A stretch of 64,000 bases of DNA, from NCBI GenBank assembly GCA_025558095.1, contig JAIVFI010000019.1, positions 62,001-126,000 of the forward strand, read 5' to 3'. The notes beneath the pieces were generated by a model. The model saw only the letters and a program-made list of their open reading frames with translations, was not told the DNA's origin and did no database searches. Made by a program: the position numbers and the translations under genes. This stretch comes from Hyaloraphidium curvatum SAG 235-1 (taxonomy: Eukaryota > Fungi > Monoblepharomycota). Shown one piece after another: positions 24,907 through 35,934 of this stretch (position 1 is the first letter of the stretch; each line of letters starts with the position of its first letter).

Positions 24907-25355
24907 TCAAACTGCGGGTGCGGCGGCGGCAACGCAGCCCGTCCGCCTGTCCTCGTGCGGACTCGGGCGATCGAGCATCCAACCAGCGGGACAATCCGCT
25001 CTTCCGGCGATGCCTGCTGTCCTCGAGCAGGCTGGTCAGGCGACGGAACGGATCGGGCCCGATCGTCGTTCACTCGCGGGCGGGTCGGGCCGTACCAATG
25101 CAAACGTCTTCGTACCCATTGTGGACCTAGTAGCTGCCATCGCGGACGTAGTCGTAGGGCTCTCTGTTCTCCGCGTCAGAGACCTAGGTTGGACGAGCGG
25201 CGCCAGCTACCTACCGATCAAACCAAACCGGCAGACTCCCCAAGTCGATCTCCGCGTAGGGCTCTTCGGGATCCTTGATCTTCTGTCGTCGCTTCGGAGC
25301 TGCCGCCGGAACCGCCGGCGCCACGTCCAGCTGGGAAGCCGGCTTGGGAGGCGCT
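24907..25355 (-). pseudogene. Decayed spliced gene relic of unknown family
   Basis: Frame APKRRQKIKDPEEPYAEIDLGSLPVWFDR, canonical intron 25164-25214, then EPYDYVRDGSY*VHNGYEDVCI with an in-frame TAG at 25127-25129; no start codon found. Confidence 0.35.
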
Positions 25356-26520
25356 CATTTCGAACGCACTCCAAACACTACGTACGCGATCGAGGATACC
25401 CTACTCGCCTCGTCATTCAGGTGTTCCACAAGATGTGGCGCCACCTCCCTGACTCAAAAGCCCACCTCTTGGACGACCGCGACCGTAACTCATTCGCGAA
25501 GGAACTTAAATGCTCCTTATACCCTCTCGAATCTGCCTTTGCGAACTCATGAGCCCCACCTCCTCCGGCGCTTGGGCGCCGATCTATTCATCCAATCTCT
25601 CCCATATACCTCCACATAGATAATGATCTCCTCAATCCACGAAACCTACGTCTCGCTTCTGCATGACGGCTCGTCGATCCACTTTGAAATGTCAGGTGCG
25701 TGCCCTCGGTCCGTTGCTTCTTCGGTCGCGGCGTAGCCTTCCCATCCTATGAATAGCCCTCCAACAGGGGAAGGAATCAGGCCGGTCCTCTATCGCGTGC
25801 AATGGTTTTACCTCGGTCGTTGATGCTGGTAGTTGAGTTCAGGTCCGATCTTGTCCCGTACTGGGACAGTCAGCGGAGGACTTGAGCCCCGACCGCCCGA
25901 GCACAACAACCTCCAAAGCAAACACCCACGCAACCTCGGACAGCCCCTTCTCAGCGTACCGGTGCCGCACGAGAGACTCAAGGCGCACTCTCACGGCCCC
26001 TGCTGTTGGACGATCTCGGCTATCGAACCCCTTGAGACGTCGCTCACCGAATTGCCGCTCCCTCCCCCCCTGCGACCTCTGTTTGCTCGTCAACACTGCT
26101 CGCGGGGAACCCGCTCTCAACTTTCCACGGCTAGGTGAGTACTCGATCGGCGTCAGCAGCCCGGGCTCTGGTAGGTGTGTTTATCGGCAAACGTCCTTCC
26201 GAAAAAGGCCTAGGGAGCTTTCGCGTGAAGCGCCGAGTATCTTGGCGTGTGATTGCTTGACCAAAGCTTGAACCACCGCCGCCTGCGAAATCTTCCCGCT
26301 ACCTTAGAGTTGCATCACATGCGATGTTTCTCAAACACGTAAGAAGAGACGGTGATATCGCAGCGCCTGGCTCGCGTCGGCTCGCTTTTCTTTACACAAG
26401 ACCCGTTCTGAGGGGGCACTGCTGACAGTCGCCATGGCGTAGATGGATGTTGTTGTTTCCGTTTGTACACCGTTTGCTGGGAAAGATTGAGCTGCAGCCT
26501 CGTACATGCCTAGACCGACA

Positions 26521-28116
26521 TTAGAGACCCGGACACGCAAAGTCCAGGGTAACAAAGGTGCCGCCGCCGCGGAGGATGCTCCAAAGCGCTACGCCGACAG
26601 TCAGCATCGTGACGGCCATGCTCCTCAGAGTCGCAAACGTGACGACGAAGCCGAGCACCCGGCCTTTCCACTGGTCGACGTCCATGTAGCTCTTCAGCAC
26701 ACGGTCGTCAGCCTCAATAAGCGCGAGGCATGCCTCCAGCCGCGAAGTCGGAGGGAAGCGCCGCCGTGCCTTTGCAGAAAGCTCGCGAAGCGACCGACGG
26801 GCGGTGCGATACAGCTCCGTGACGCCTGAGATGTGCTGATTGGCCACGGCAACGTTGACCATGTCCGACGCGGCTCCAACGCCGAGGTACGCGAAAATGC
26901 CGAGGACGTACGCTGGGACGCAGTTGCCCACGGCGACGTTAGTGACGGCGGCGAGGAGGGTGCCGAGGACGTAGAAGCCGAGGTAGACGGCCAGGAACTC
27001 CATGAAAGTGAAGCGCTGTCGCCACAGCGCACTGAGCTCCTCGTGAAGTTGTTGGTACAGCTCGTAGTCGTCCGAAGGCTGGGCCGCCATTGCACCTTCC
27101 TTGTTGAGCGTGCCCGAGATGGGCTCGCCATGTGCGGATTTTCGAACCAGCTTCTCCCCAGGGCGGGGCTCCGAATCCAATTCCGAGAACAAGTTCCGTT
27201 CGTGGCGCGAAACCAGGGAATCCAGGGCGATCCAGACGGCACGGCGCTGTAGCCGCCGGGAGAGTTCGAGGCTGGCCACATTGGCCCGGAAAGTGGACCC
27301 CAGGATGCTGATGTACCCGTTGTTGACCCACCACAGGGCAATAATCACGACAAGGGAGAGGATGCCCCACCACGTCCCAATGGCAACTTCCCCGAACGTG
27401 ATGGCCATCGTCCACACCATGCCGAACAGGCTGCTGACCGTCAGAAGGCAGATCCTGGCCACCAAATCCAAAATGGAGTAGCCAGCAACCCTCGACATGA
27501 CGTCCCCCACGCAGGCCGGGCAGGGGCACAGCCCATCGCCGTCCTCGTGCGCGAGGAGAGGGGAACCCTCGGGTTCCTGGCCAACTAGCTCCGTCCAGCG
27601 AACGACGCCGGACAGATTATGCCCTGATACATCCCCGTCCGATCCTTTCTTGTGGACCGCGAATCGCAGGCTGTAGCGCGTGAACAGCGGCGGCAGCAAG
27701 AGCATGACCACGTTCAAGGATAGCATCGCAGAGAAGCCACCCCAGTAGTTCCGGCTCGAAAAATGGGGGAGGAGGGTGTTCGCGTGCCACAGTGCCCCCA
27801 GCATGACGAAGACGGCCCCGAGCATTAGCAAGTTGCGGAGCAGAGAGCGACGCGCCCACGGCGCCAGCCACAGATTGAGGACGACGAGGGCGTGAAGAGG
27901 TTTGCAGGCAGAAAGAATGGACAGAAACTCGGGAAGGGGGAGCTTGGGCCGCACATGCCGTTCCGCGAACACCGCGCCGAACGTTGGAGGGAGCGGAGGG
28001 GAGGCGGGGAAGAGCGCGGCCCACTCGGCGTTCGAGAATCCCGGTTGGTCGACACGGGCTTTGTCCTCAACGTCCAGCCCTAGTTCGGCGATGTGATTTG
28101 GCGGCGATTCCGCCAT
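26521..28116 (-). CDS. 7-TM membrane protein, gustatory-receptor-like/7TMIC candidate, intronless (paralog A)
   Basis: 531 aa, seven hydrophobic segments with alternating short and long loops, CPCPAC in loop 2-3, C-terminal KGRVLGFVVTFATLRSMAVTMLTVGVALWSIL. Confidence 0.8.
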   Translation of the reverse strand: MAESPPNHIAELGLDVEDKARVDQPGFSNAEWAALFPASPPLPPTFGAVFAERHVRPKLPLPEFLSILSACKPLHALVVLNLWLAPWARRSLLRNLLMLGAVFVMLGALWHANTLLPHFSSRNYWGGFSAMLSLNVVMLLLPPLFTRYSLRFAVHKKGSDGDVSGHNLSGVVRWTELVGQEPEGSPLLAHEDGDGLCPCPACVGDVMSRVAGYSILDLVARICLLTVSSLFGMVWTMAITFGEVAIGTWWGILSLVVIIALWWVNNGYISILGSTFRANVASLELSRRLQRRAVWIALDSLVSRHERNLFSELDSEPRPGEKLVRKSAHGEPISGTLNKEGAMAAQPSDDYELYQQLHEELSALWRQRFTFMEFLAVYLGFYVLGTLLAAVTNVAVGNCVPAYVLGIFAYLGVGAASDMVNVAVANQHISGVTELYRTARRSLRELSAKARRRFPPTSRLEACLALIEADDRVLKSYMDVDQWKGRVLGFVVTFATLRSMAVTMLTVGVALWSILRGGGTFVTLDFACPGL

Positions 28117-28241
28117 GGAGCCTCAGGTTGAAGAGGGGTGCGGACCGCAGTAGCGAGTTGGCTGCCGCGCGATCGACGTCACGTTTCGTTGTCTGGCCGT
28201 CTCCCACATCTAAATCGCGGAGCCGACCGCCGAAGTCGCCC

Positions 28242-29888
28242 ATGGAGGGCGCAACGCGTGAAGAAGCCGACAGCCGCGGCAACGGCGCGTCGGAAAAGCC
28301 GCCCCTCTCCTTCCTCACGGGGGATGAGCTCCTTTGCCTCCTGCCCGCTCCCGTGGCCCCCGCGGCCGGAATCGGCGTGCCAGCTCAAGAGGATCCCGCT
28401 GCGGCAGCCCGGAACGCGCGTCCGCTGACGGCCGCGGCGGTGAAAGAAGTCGTTGCCGCCGCGGAAGATCCGGTGCTGGAATGGTTGACGCGCATCTCTC
28501 TCGCCCTGGCCCCGTACGCGGCGCGTTCGAGGTTCCGGATCGGCCTGTGCCATCTTATCAGCATCTCTACCATCATTCCTTTCCTCTGGATTGCCGGGAT
28601 CCCGTATGGATTCGGCCGGAAACAGCTCGTTGCCACCACCGTGGCCTTCAGTCTCGAGTGCGCGTTTTATTCGTTGCTCGCTACGAACATCGGCTGGTTT
28701 GCGGGACGCCGAAGCGGGGCGCGACCGGCTCCGTCGAAGGAGGATGACCCGGAAGGAGGGGAAGCCGCAGGCGATAGCCCAGTCCCAGGCGGATTCTTTG
28801 CGGCCGCAACTCTCGACGTCTGGCCGGATTCGTCCTTCTGGCGGTACCTCATTCTCTGTCAATCCGGTGCACCCCGGAACCAGCTTTTCCTGATGCACAT
28901 TGATGCAGACGGTTCGAATTGCTGTTGCCCACGCAAATCCTGCGCCGGTTCGGTCGCATCCCGTGCCGGCCTTGTACGCAGTGTCACCCTCGCTTTCTTT
29001 TCGCTCGTGGTCTTGCTGAGCTACGTGACTAAGTTTTTTACGGCTATGGTGACCCTCGGCGGACAAATGTGGACGACCGCGTGGACGCTTGCGGGCATCC
29101 TTTGGATCCTTTCGTCTTGCAACAACGAATTTGTATCCACGTTCGGTGGTGCCGGAACCTCGGACAACCTGGCCGCGAGGGAACTTGAACGGAAACTCAC
29201 AGTCCGTGCCGTGCGTCGGTCATTGGAGGCCCTTGTGGAACGCCTTCAGGGCCTCGTGGAGGGGCCTGCTGATGCGAAGACAGCCGCATGTGAAAGATGG
29301 TACGCTTCTCTGGTTCCCCTTCTTGCAGCCAGGTGGCGACAGGACGTTCTCTTGCCGCAGTACGCCGCGCTAGCTGGAGTTTTCTTCATCGCCGAGACAA
29401 CTGCCTTCATCATTTACGTGGTACGTAACGTAATCCTGTCGATCCTCTGATGGCGTCTGAACCATCTTCAATCCTCGTTCCAGACCACGGGCAACTGCGT
29501 TCCAGTCTACGTGATCGCTCTGCTGTTGATGGGATACTCCGGTCTCATGTACCCCCTCTTCAACGCAGCGGTCGGCAACGGGCGCATCACGCAGACCACG
29601 GCCCTCCTCCGCTCGGCCTCTCTTTCCCTCAGCGAACTCGAGCTGGCGTGCACAGAAGCTCAGCAACCCCTTGCGCGCCGCATCGCGGCGCACCGGGCCA
29701 GGCTCCGCGACCTGGAGGAGGTCCACGTGGATGGTGCAGGCGTGCGGCTCTTCGGAGCGCGGGTTACGGCCAGCCTAGTGCGCAAGATAATGGCAGCCAC
29801 GGTGACGGCGGTGTTTGCAGCGTGGACGGTGCTTCGCGCCCTGGGGGTCGTGCTGACCATGGAAATGGTCTGTCCGGCGACGTCTTGA
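28242..29888 (+). CDS. 7-TM membrane protein, divergent paralog B, 2 exons
   Basis: Shared motifs CCCPRKSCAG, LERKLTVRAV..SLEALV, GNCVPVYV, RLFGARVTASLVRKI..VFAAWTVLR...MVCP; intron 29421-29483. Confidence 0.8.
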
Positions 29889-30038
29889 TTTTGCGATGCA
29901 CGACCAATCGCAGCACTCACTGACGCTAACGTCGCATGCAAATCGTCGCTTATCTAGAAAGTTTTGCTGAATGTGTATGATTTGGCCGTTCTATTGACGT
30001 CTGACCATGTCGCCAGCTCCGATCCCCGGCCGCCTTGC

Positions 30039-31604
30039 CTATGCAGAAAGTAAATACAGACCCGGACATGCAAAATCCGGGGTCACAAAGGTACCCCCGT
30101 TGCGAAGGATAGTCCACAGCGCCACGCCGGCCGTCAACATCGTGGCGAGCACGCTCCTCAGCGCCGCAAAGGTGACCACGAACCCGAGGATCCTGCCCTT
30201 CCACTGCTCCACGTCCGTGTAGCTCTCCAGCACCCGATCATCCGCCTCCACGAGGGCCAGGCAGGTTTCGAGCCGCGGGCTCGGGGGGAGCTGGCGCCTC
30301 GCGCCGGCGGAGATCTCGCGCAGCGCGCGGCGGGCGGATCGGTACAGCTCCGTGACCCCCGAGATGTGCTGGTTGGCCACGGCGACGTTGATCATGTCCG
30401 ACGCGGTTCCAACGCCGAGGTAGGCGAACAAGCCGAGCACGTATGTGGGAACGCAGTTGCCGACGGCGACGTTGATCACTGCGGCCAAGACGATCCCGAG
30501 GACGTAGAAGCCGAGGTAGACCGCCAGGAACTCCATGAAGGTGAAGCGCTGGCGCCAGAGCGCGCTTAGCTCCTCGTGGAGCCCCTGGTAGAGCTCGCGC
30601 TTCGAACCGTGCATCAGGGCGGGTTCGGCGACCGATCCCCAAGCAAGTTTCTCATCGGAGCCCAGCTCCGCGTCCGACGCCGCAGACAACCTCTGCTCGT
30701 GCCGCGACACGAGGGCATCCAGTGCCATCCAAACCGCACGGCGCTGCAGCCTCCGCGAGAGATCCAGGCTGGCCACGTTGGCGCGGAACTGCGCACCGAG
30801 GATGCTGACGTAACCGTTGTTGATCCACACGACGGCGATCAGCAGCACCAGGGAGAGGACGCCCCACCAAGTGCGCGAGACCTCGCGGAAGGTGATCCCC
30901 ATGGTCCACACCGTTGTGAAGAGGCCCGCGGCCGCCATCAGGCACAATCTCGCCCCCACGTCGGCGAACGAGTAGGCGGCGACCCTCGACATGACGTCCC
31001 CCACGCACGCCGGGCAGGGGCACAGGTCGTCCCCGTCCTTGTGCGCCAAAAGCGAGGCATCCGGTTCCCCGGCGACGAGTTCGGCCCAGCGGACGACCGC
31101 GGATAGGTTGTGGGCCGACATGTCGCCGTCCGGGTCCTTCCTGTAGGCCGCGAAGCGCAGCCTGTACCGGGTGAAGAGCGGCGGCAAGAAAAGCATGACG
31201 ACGTCCCAGGATACTATCGCCGCGAATCCGCCCCAGTAATTTCGGTTGGAAAAGATCGGAAGGAGGCTGTTCGCGTACCACAGCGCTCCCAGCATGACGA
31301 TATTGGCCCCAAACATAAGCACGTTGCGGAGGAGCGAGCGGCGCGCCCACGGTGCCAGCCACAAGTTGAGCACCACGAGGGCATGCAAAGATCTTGAGGC
31401 AGAGAGAATCGAGAGGAAGCGCGGCATGGGGAGCTTGGACCGCGCATGGCGTTCGCTCGCGGGTCCGAACGTCGGGGGAAGTGGGGGGGAGGACGGGAAG
31501 AGCGCGGCCCACTCCGCGTCCGAGAATCCCGGCGGGCCGCAATTCGGCTTCGTCTCGATGTCGAGCGAACACTCTGCGCGGCCGTTTGGCGGCGGGTCCG
31601 CCAT
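30039..31604 (-). CDS. 7-TM membrane protein, paralog C (close to A), intronless
   Basis: 521 aa, colinear and highly similar to 26521-28116 along its length. Confidence 0.8.
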   Translation of the reverse strand: MADPPPNGRAECSLDIETKPNCGPPGFSDAEWAALFPSSPPLPPTFGPASERHARSKLPMPRFLSILSASRSLHALVVLNLWLAPWARRSLLRNVLMFGANIVMLGALWYANSLLPIFSNRNYWGGFAAIVSWDVVMLFLPPLFTRYRLRFAAYRKDPDGDMSAHNLSAVVRWAELVAGEPDASLLAHKDGDDLCPCPACVGDVMSRVAAYSFADVGARLCLMAAAGLFTTVWTMGITFREVSRTWWGVLSLVLLIAVVWINNGYVSILGAQFRANVASLDLSRRLQRRAVWMALDALVSRHEQRLSAASDAELGSDEKLAWGSVAEPALMHGSKRELYQGLHEELSALWRQRFTFMEFLAVYLGFYVLGIVLAAVINVAVGNCVPTYVLGLFAYLGVGTASDMINVAVANQHISGVTELYRSARRALREISAGARRQLPPSPRLETCLALVEADDRVLESYTDVEQWKGRILGFVVTFAALRSVLATMLTAGVALWTILRNGGTFVTPDFACPGLYLLSA

Positions 31605-31988
31605 GGAGCAGCGGTAAGGCTGACGGGGGACAGTCCTTGCCTCGCCACCCTCGCCACCTCGACGTTACACCTGATGAACCGTTTCAAGCTTCACACCGGG
31701 CATCTCTATCTCATGTTCGTTCTTTGCTGCTGTTCATCGGCATATTGCTTCGGCGACGCAACTGCAGGCATGTGCTCGAGTCTCGGCGATTGATGAGTGG
31801 CGAGAAGAGGAACAGGCAGACAGGCGGATGCACTTCACGGGCCAGATCCTCAGCATCGTGGAATACTACACATCTCGGTTTCGAAGCCTGATCGGGTCCG
31901 CTCGCGGTTCTCACGTGCGCCTGCCGACGGGTTTTCAAGGTTGCCGCGCCGGGGGCTTTGGGGCCACGCCACAGAAACCAGGAACGCG

Positions 31989-34900
31989 ATGGCGTCGCCG
32001 CCGCCGGCCGGGCCCGGAGCCGCGGGCGCCGGCGGGCCGCTGCCTGAGCCGCCGCGGCCGGCGCGCGTGGTCACGCTGACGGACGTCGACGCGGGGGAGA
32101 CGGTGCTCGCGCCGCCCGCCACGCCCGACACGGAGCTCCCGCCGTACTCGGCCGCGCCCGCCGCCGGCGAGGCGTCGTCGGGCGTCGCGCGGCTGCGTGT
32201 GTGGGAGGCGCTGGCAGCAGACTCGGACGACGACTCGCTCGGCTCGCGGGGGTCGCGGTCGCCCAGCCCCGACACGCTGTCGCGGCCGGCCGATCAGAGC
32301 TCCGATCGCGGCGACCATCTGAGCAGCCCGAGAGATGGCAGCCAGTCGCGGAGCGCGTCGCCGGGCCCGTTCTCGCGTGCCGAGCAGGCCGCCCGCATGG
32401 GCCTATCGGGGCTTTCGCTAGAGCCGCGCAAGGCGCTGTCGGAGGCGTGGACTCTCCCGGCGTCGTTCGACGAGAAGAAGGTGCAGCCGCCTCGGACGCC
32501 GACGGCCCCGCCCCGGACGGGGTCGGCCAGCCCGGTCTTTTCCAGCAAACCGGGGCGGAACTTGAAAGGTGGAGAGCTGTACGGCACGCTCAAGATCGAG
32601 AGTAAGTGCTCGCTGGTTGCTAGTTTAATGTTACTTTGTGCTCATCGTTCATCTACTCGCAACTCTCCTTCTCTGCGGTCGCTAGTCGTCAGCGTCACGG
32701 ACCTCCCCGTGCGGCGCCGTTCGACCCTCACCAAGGCACTCTTGCTCAACCAGAAGCCCGAGCGCCGGTGGACGCCTTTTGTCGTGGTCTCGTACGGTGC
32801 GTCGACCTACAAGACAAAGGTCCGCGCCCAGCTCCCTGTGCCCTACGGCTCCGACACGGCCTCGGTGGTCTTCAACGCCAACATGCCCGACGTCGCCGTG
32901 CTCCGCTCCCAGCTGCACTGGGACGTGGTCTTCTCCCTCTGGGACTCGCAGGCCATCGGAACCAACAAGGCCATCGGGACCAGCCTGAGCGTGGAGGTCG
33001 AGGACCTCGTGGACCCCGTGCAGCGAGACGGCGGCGGCTACTGGGAGACGTCGCGGCAGGCCCCGCCGGAGCGCCGGAGCTTCGACGACGTGCAGCGGCC
33101 CGTCACCCCGCCGAGCATGCCGGACGACGGCGTCCCCGTCGCCCGTGCCAAGTCGTGGACCAACCTGGACGTTTTCGACGGGAGCCAGGCGGACATTGAT
33201 CCTCCTTCGCCCACGTCGCGGACAACCGCGGACCTCAACCTGATGATCCCCTACCCGACCACCGACGAGGTGCCGCTGGCGATGCCTGGCCCCAGCGCCG
33301 GCAACGGCAAGCGAAAGGGCTGGCTCCGCTCCCGGCGCACCCGCTCGCGGTCGGCCTCCCCCTCGCCCGCCAAATCCTCGGGCCAGACCTCTGGCGGGTC
33401 GGACCAGGAATCCGACCGCGCGGACCGCAAGGCCTTCCGCCGGCCCATGTCGCCGCTGTTCCGCCGCTCGGGGTCGTTCACGCCCCCGGCGTCGCCGGCG
33501 ATCCCGGGCCTGCGCTTCCCGGTGATGAGGGAGAAGAAGCTGCTGGTGGAGCAGCCGCCGATCGTGGATTCGGACGGGAGGGTGGAGGAGCTGCCGCCCA
33601 TCACGCTCAACATCCGGTACGGGTTCAGCCCGAGGTTCCGTGGGTTGCTCTTTCCTTGCAAACTGGCACAGCAGCTCTGCTCACTGGTCGATTCCGCCTT
33701 TCAGATCTCATCCGCAACTTTATCCTCACCGTGCTCCACAACATCCGCGCCCGGCAGCTCGCCACCGGGTCCCCCATCGGCGCCCCGAACCAGATGATCG
33801 ACCCCACCGCGCCCATCACGCACATCTCCATCGTCGACGTCCTCCTCATCAACGCCGAACGGCTGGGCGGCTGGTTCGCCGACGAGGACCTGGACGCCAT
33901 CTTCGTGGGCCGGGATGAGATCACGGTCGACGAGTTTGTGGAGCGCTGGGACGCAAGGGACTGGGAATCGCGCGAGGCCGAGCTCCCCCCGAGGCCGCCC
34001 AGCCCCGGACCGAAGAGCAAGGCGGCGGGCAAGGAGAAGGAAGGGAACGGGAACGGGTCCGCGTCGGCGGCGCCGGGGACGCCGGCACCCGAGGATGCCT
34101 TTGCCGAGCTGGCCTGCTTCATCTGCGAGCAGCCCTTCCCCCCCGCCGATCCGACCTCTGCGCTGCCCTACTCGGTGCAGCAGCTGAACCACCTCCTCGT
34201 CTGCGCCAGCAGGGATTACTCCGCCGCCGCGACGAGCATGCTCAAGCGCCGCGAGTTCCTCACCGAATCCGCCGCCGCCCGGGGCCTCTACACCTCGCTG
34301 CTCGCGCGCCTGGGGCTGGGCACCTACCGCGTCGGCAAGCACGAGGGGTTCATCCTCGTGCAGAACCGCGAGACGGGGCAGCTGGAGGAGGAGTACATCC
34401 CGTCCTACGTCCGGCTCGGGATCCAGCTGCTCTACCGGAGCCGCGTGTCGCGGTCCATCGTCGAGACGAACACCATCGCCGGGCTGTTCCGCAACACCAC
34501 CGCTGGGCACGGGGCGCGGTACGACGACCCGCGGTCGGCGTCGGGGATCGCAAAGTTCATCCGGACGTACCGGATCAACGTGGACGAGGTGGAGAAGCCG
34601 GTGGCCGAGTACAGGACGCTGAACGAGTTCTTCACGCGGAGGCTCAGGGCCGGGGCGAGGAAGCTCGACGCGCCCGGGGACCCGGGGGTGCTGGTGTCCA
34701 TGGCGGACTGCAGGCTGACGTGCTTCGCGTCGGTGAACGAGGCGACGCAGGTGTGGATCAAGGGGTCGGGGTTCACCATCACTAGGCTGCTGGGCGGCGA
34801 TGCGGCGATGGGGAAGGAGTTTGCGGACTCGACGGTGGTGATCTTCAGGTGCGAGGCGAGCGCAGGCGAGGTGTTTCGTTGCCTTGACACTTCGCTGGCT

Positions 34901-35557
34901 CTTCTTGGCAGACTGGCACCCTGCGACTACCATCGATTCCATTCGCCGGTCGACGGAAAGGTCGTGGGGTTCGTGCCGGTCAAGAGCCCTGGACTATAGT
35001 GAGTCGGTTGCCTGCAATAGCAGATGGAGTCCTAACAATCGATCTCTTCTCACTCCTAGCTATACCGTCAACCCGGTGGGTAGCTTTCCGCATTCTCTCC
35101 TCCGATCATTCTGACTGTTTCGCGGCATTCAGATGGCCGTCCGCTCCCCCGTCGACGTCTTTGGCGACAACGTGCGCGAGATCTGCTACGTCGACACGGG
35201 CCCCGACCGGTTCGGCCTCGTGGCGATCGTGGCCATCGGCGCCATGCTTGTCGGCAGCATCGTGTGGACGGTCAAGGAGGGGCAGGAGCTAAAGCGCATG
35301 GACGAGATGGGCATGTTCAAGTTCGGCGGGAGCACGGGTGGGTCTCCTCTCTCCATGCGTGCTTATTGTATCTGACTCGTTTTCACCCTACAGTCGTCAT
35401 GCTGATCCAGAAGGGGATCGCTCAGCTGGACGAGGATCTGCTTGCCAACAGCGCCAAGGCCCTGGAGACCGTGGTGCAGGTCGGCAACAGGATCGGGGAG
35501 CTCGTGCACGGGAACGGGGGAGACTGGGAGGAGCAGGGAGATGCGGGTGCTGGTTGA
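31989..35557 (+). CDS. PSD2: Phosphatidylserine decarboxylase 2 (C2-domain type), multi-exon
   Basis: C2-like PFVVVSYG..YKT, TLNEFFTRRLRAGAR, SMADCRL, WIKGSGF, FRLAPCDYHRFHSPVDG, AIGAMLVGSI, FKFGGST autocleavage motif. Confidence 0.92.
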
Positions 35558-35934
35558 TGGCATCGCGGCCTGAGCTGGGGCATGGTGAAGACGAAAGGGT
35601 AATTGTACGACGCGGGCAATGAAGCCGCCGTGGCAGGTTGAAGCAGTACGACTCGGTGCAGGAGCGTGCCAGCGTCAAGCCGTTGTGTCCATCCCGCCGA
35701 GCATCACTTCGCCTACTTCACTTCAGTCCACATTCAGCGATGATTGTTTGTACGGCAGGGCAACGGAGTCACAGAGAGCCCTGTTTGTGAGTTCAGGGTC
35801 TCGGGGCTTCGGTCGTCGTCCCCCAACGCCACGCCCGAACGTACGCGAGTACTGCACCGAATCCGCAAGGGAAGGCTGCCAGTAGAGGTAAATTCTAGTG
35901 CTTCGTCGTCCCGGGCATCGCTGACGTCCCTCAG

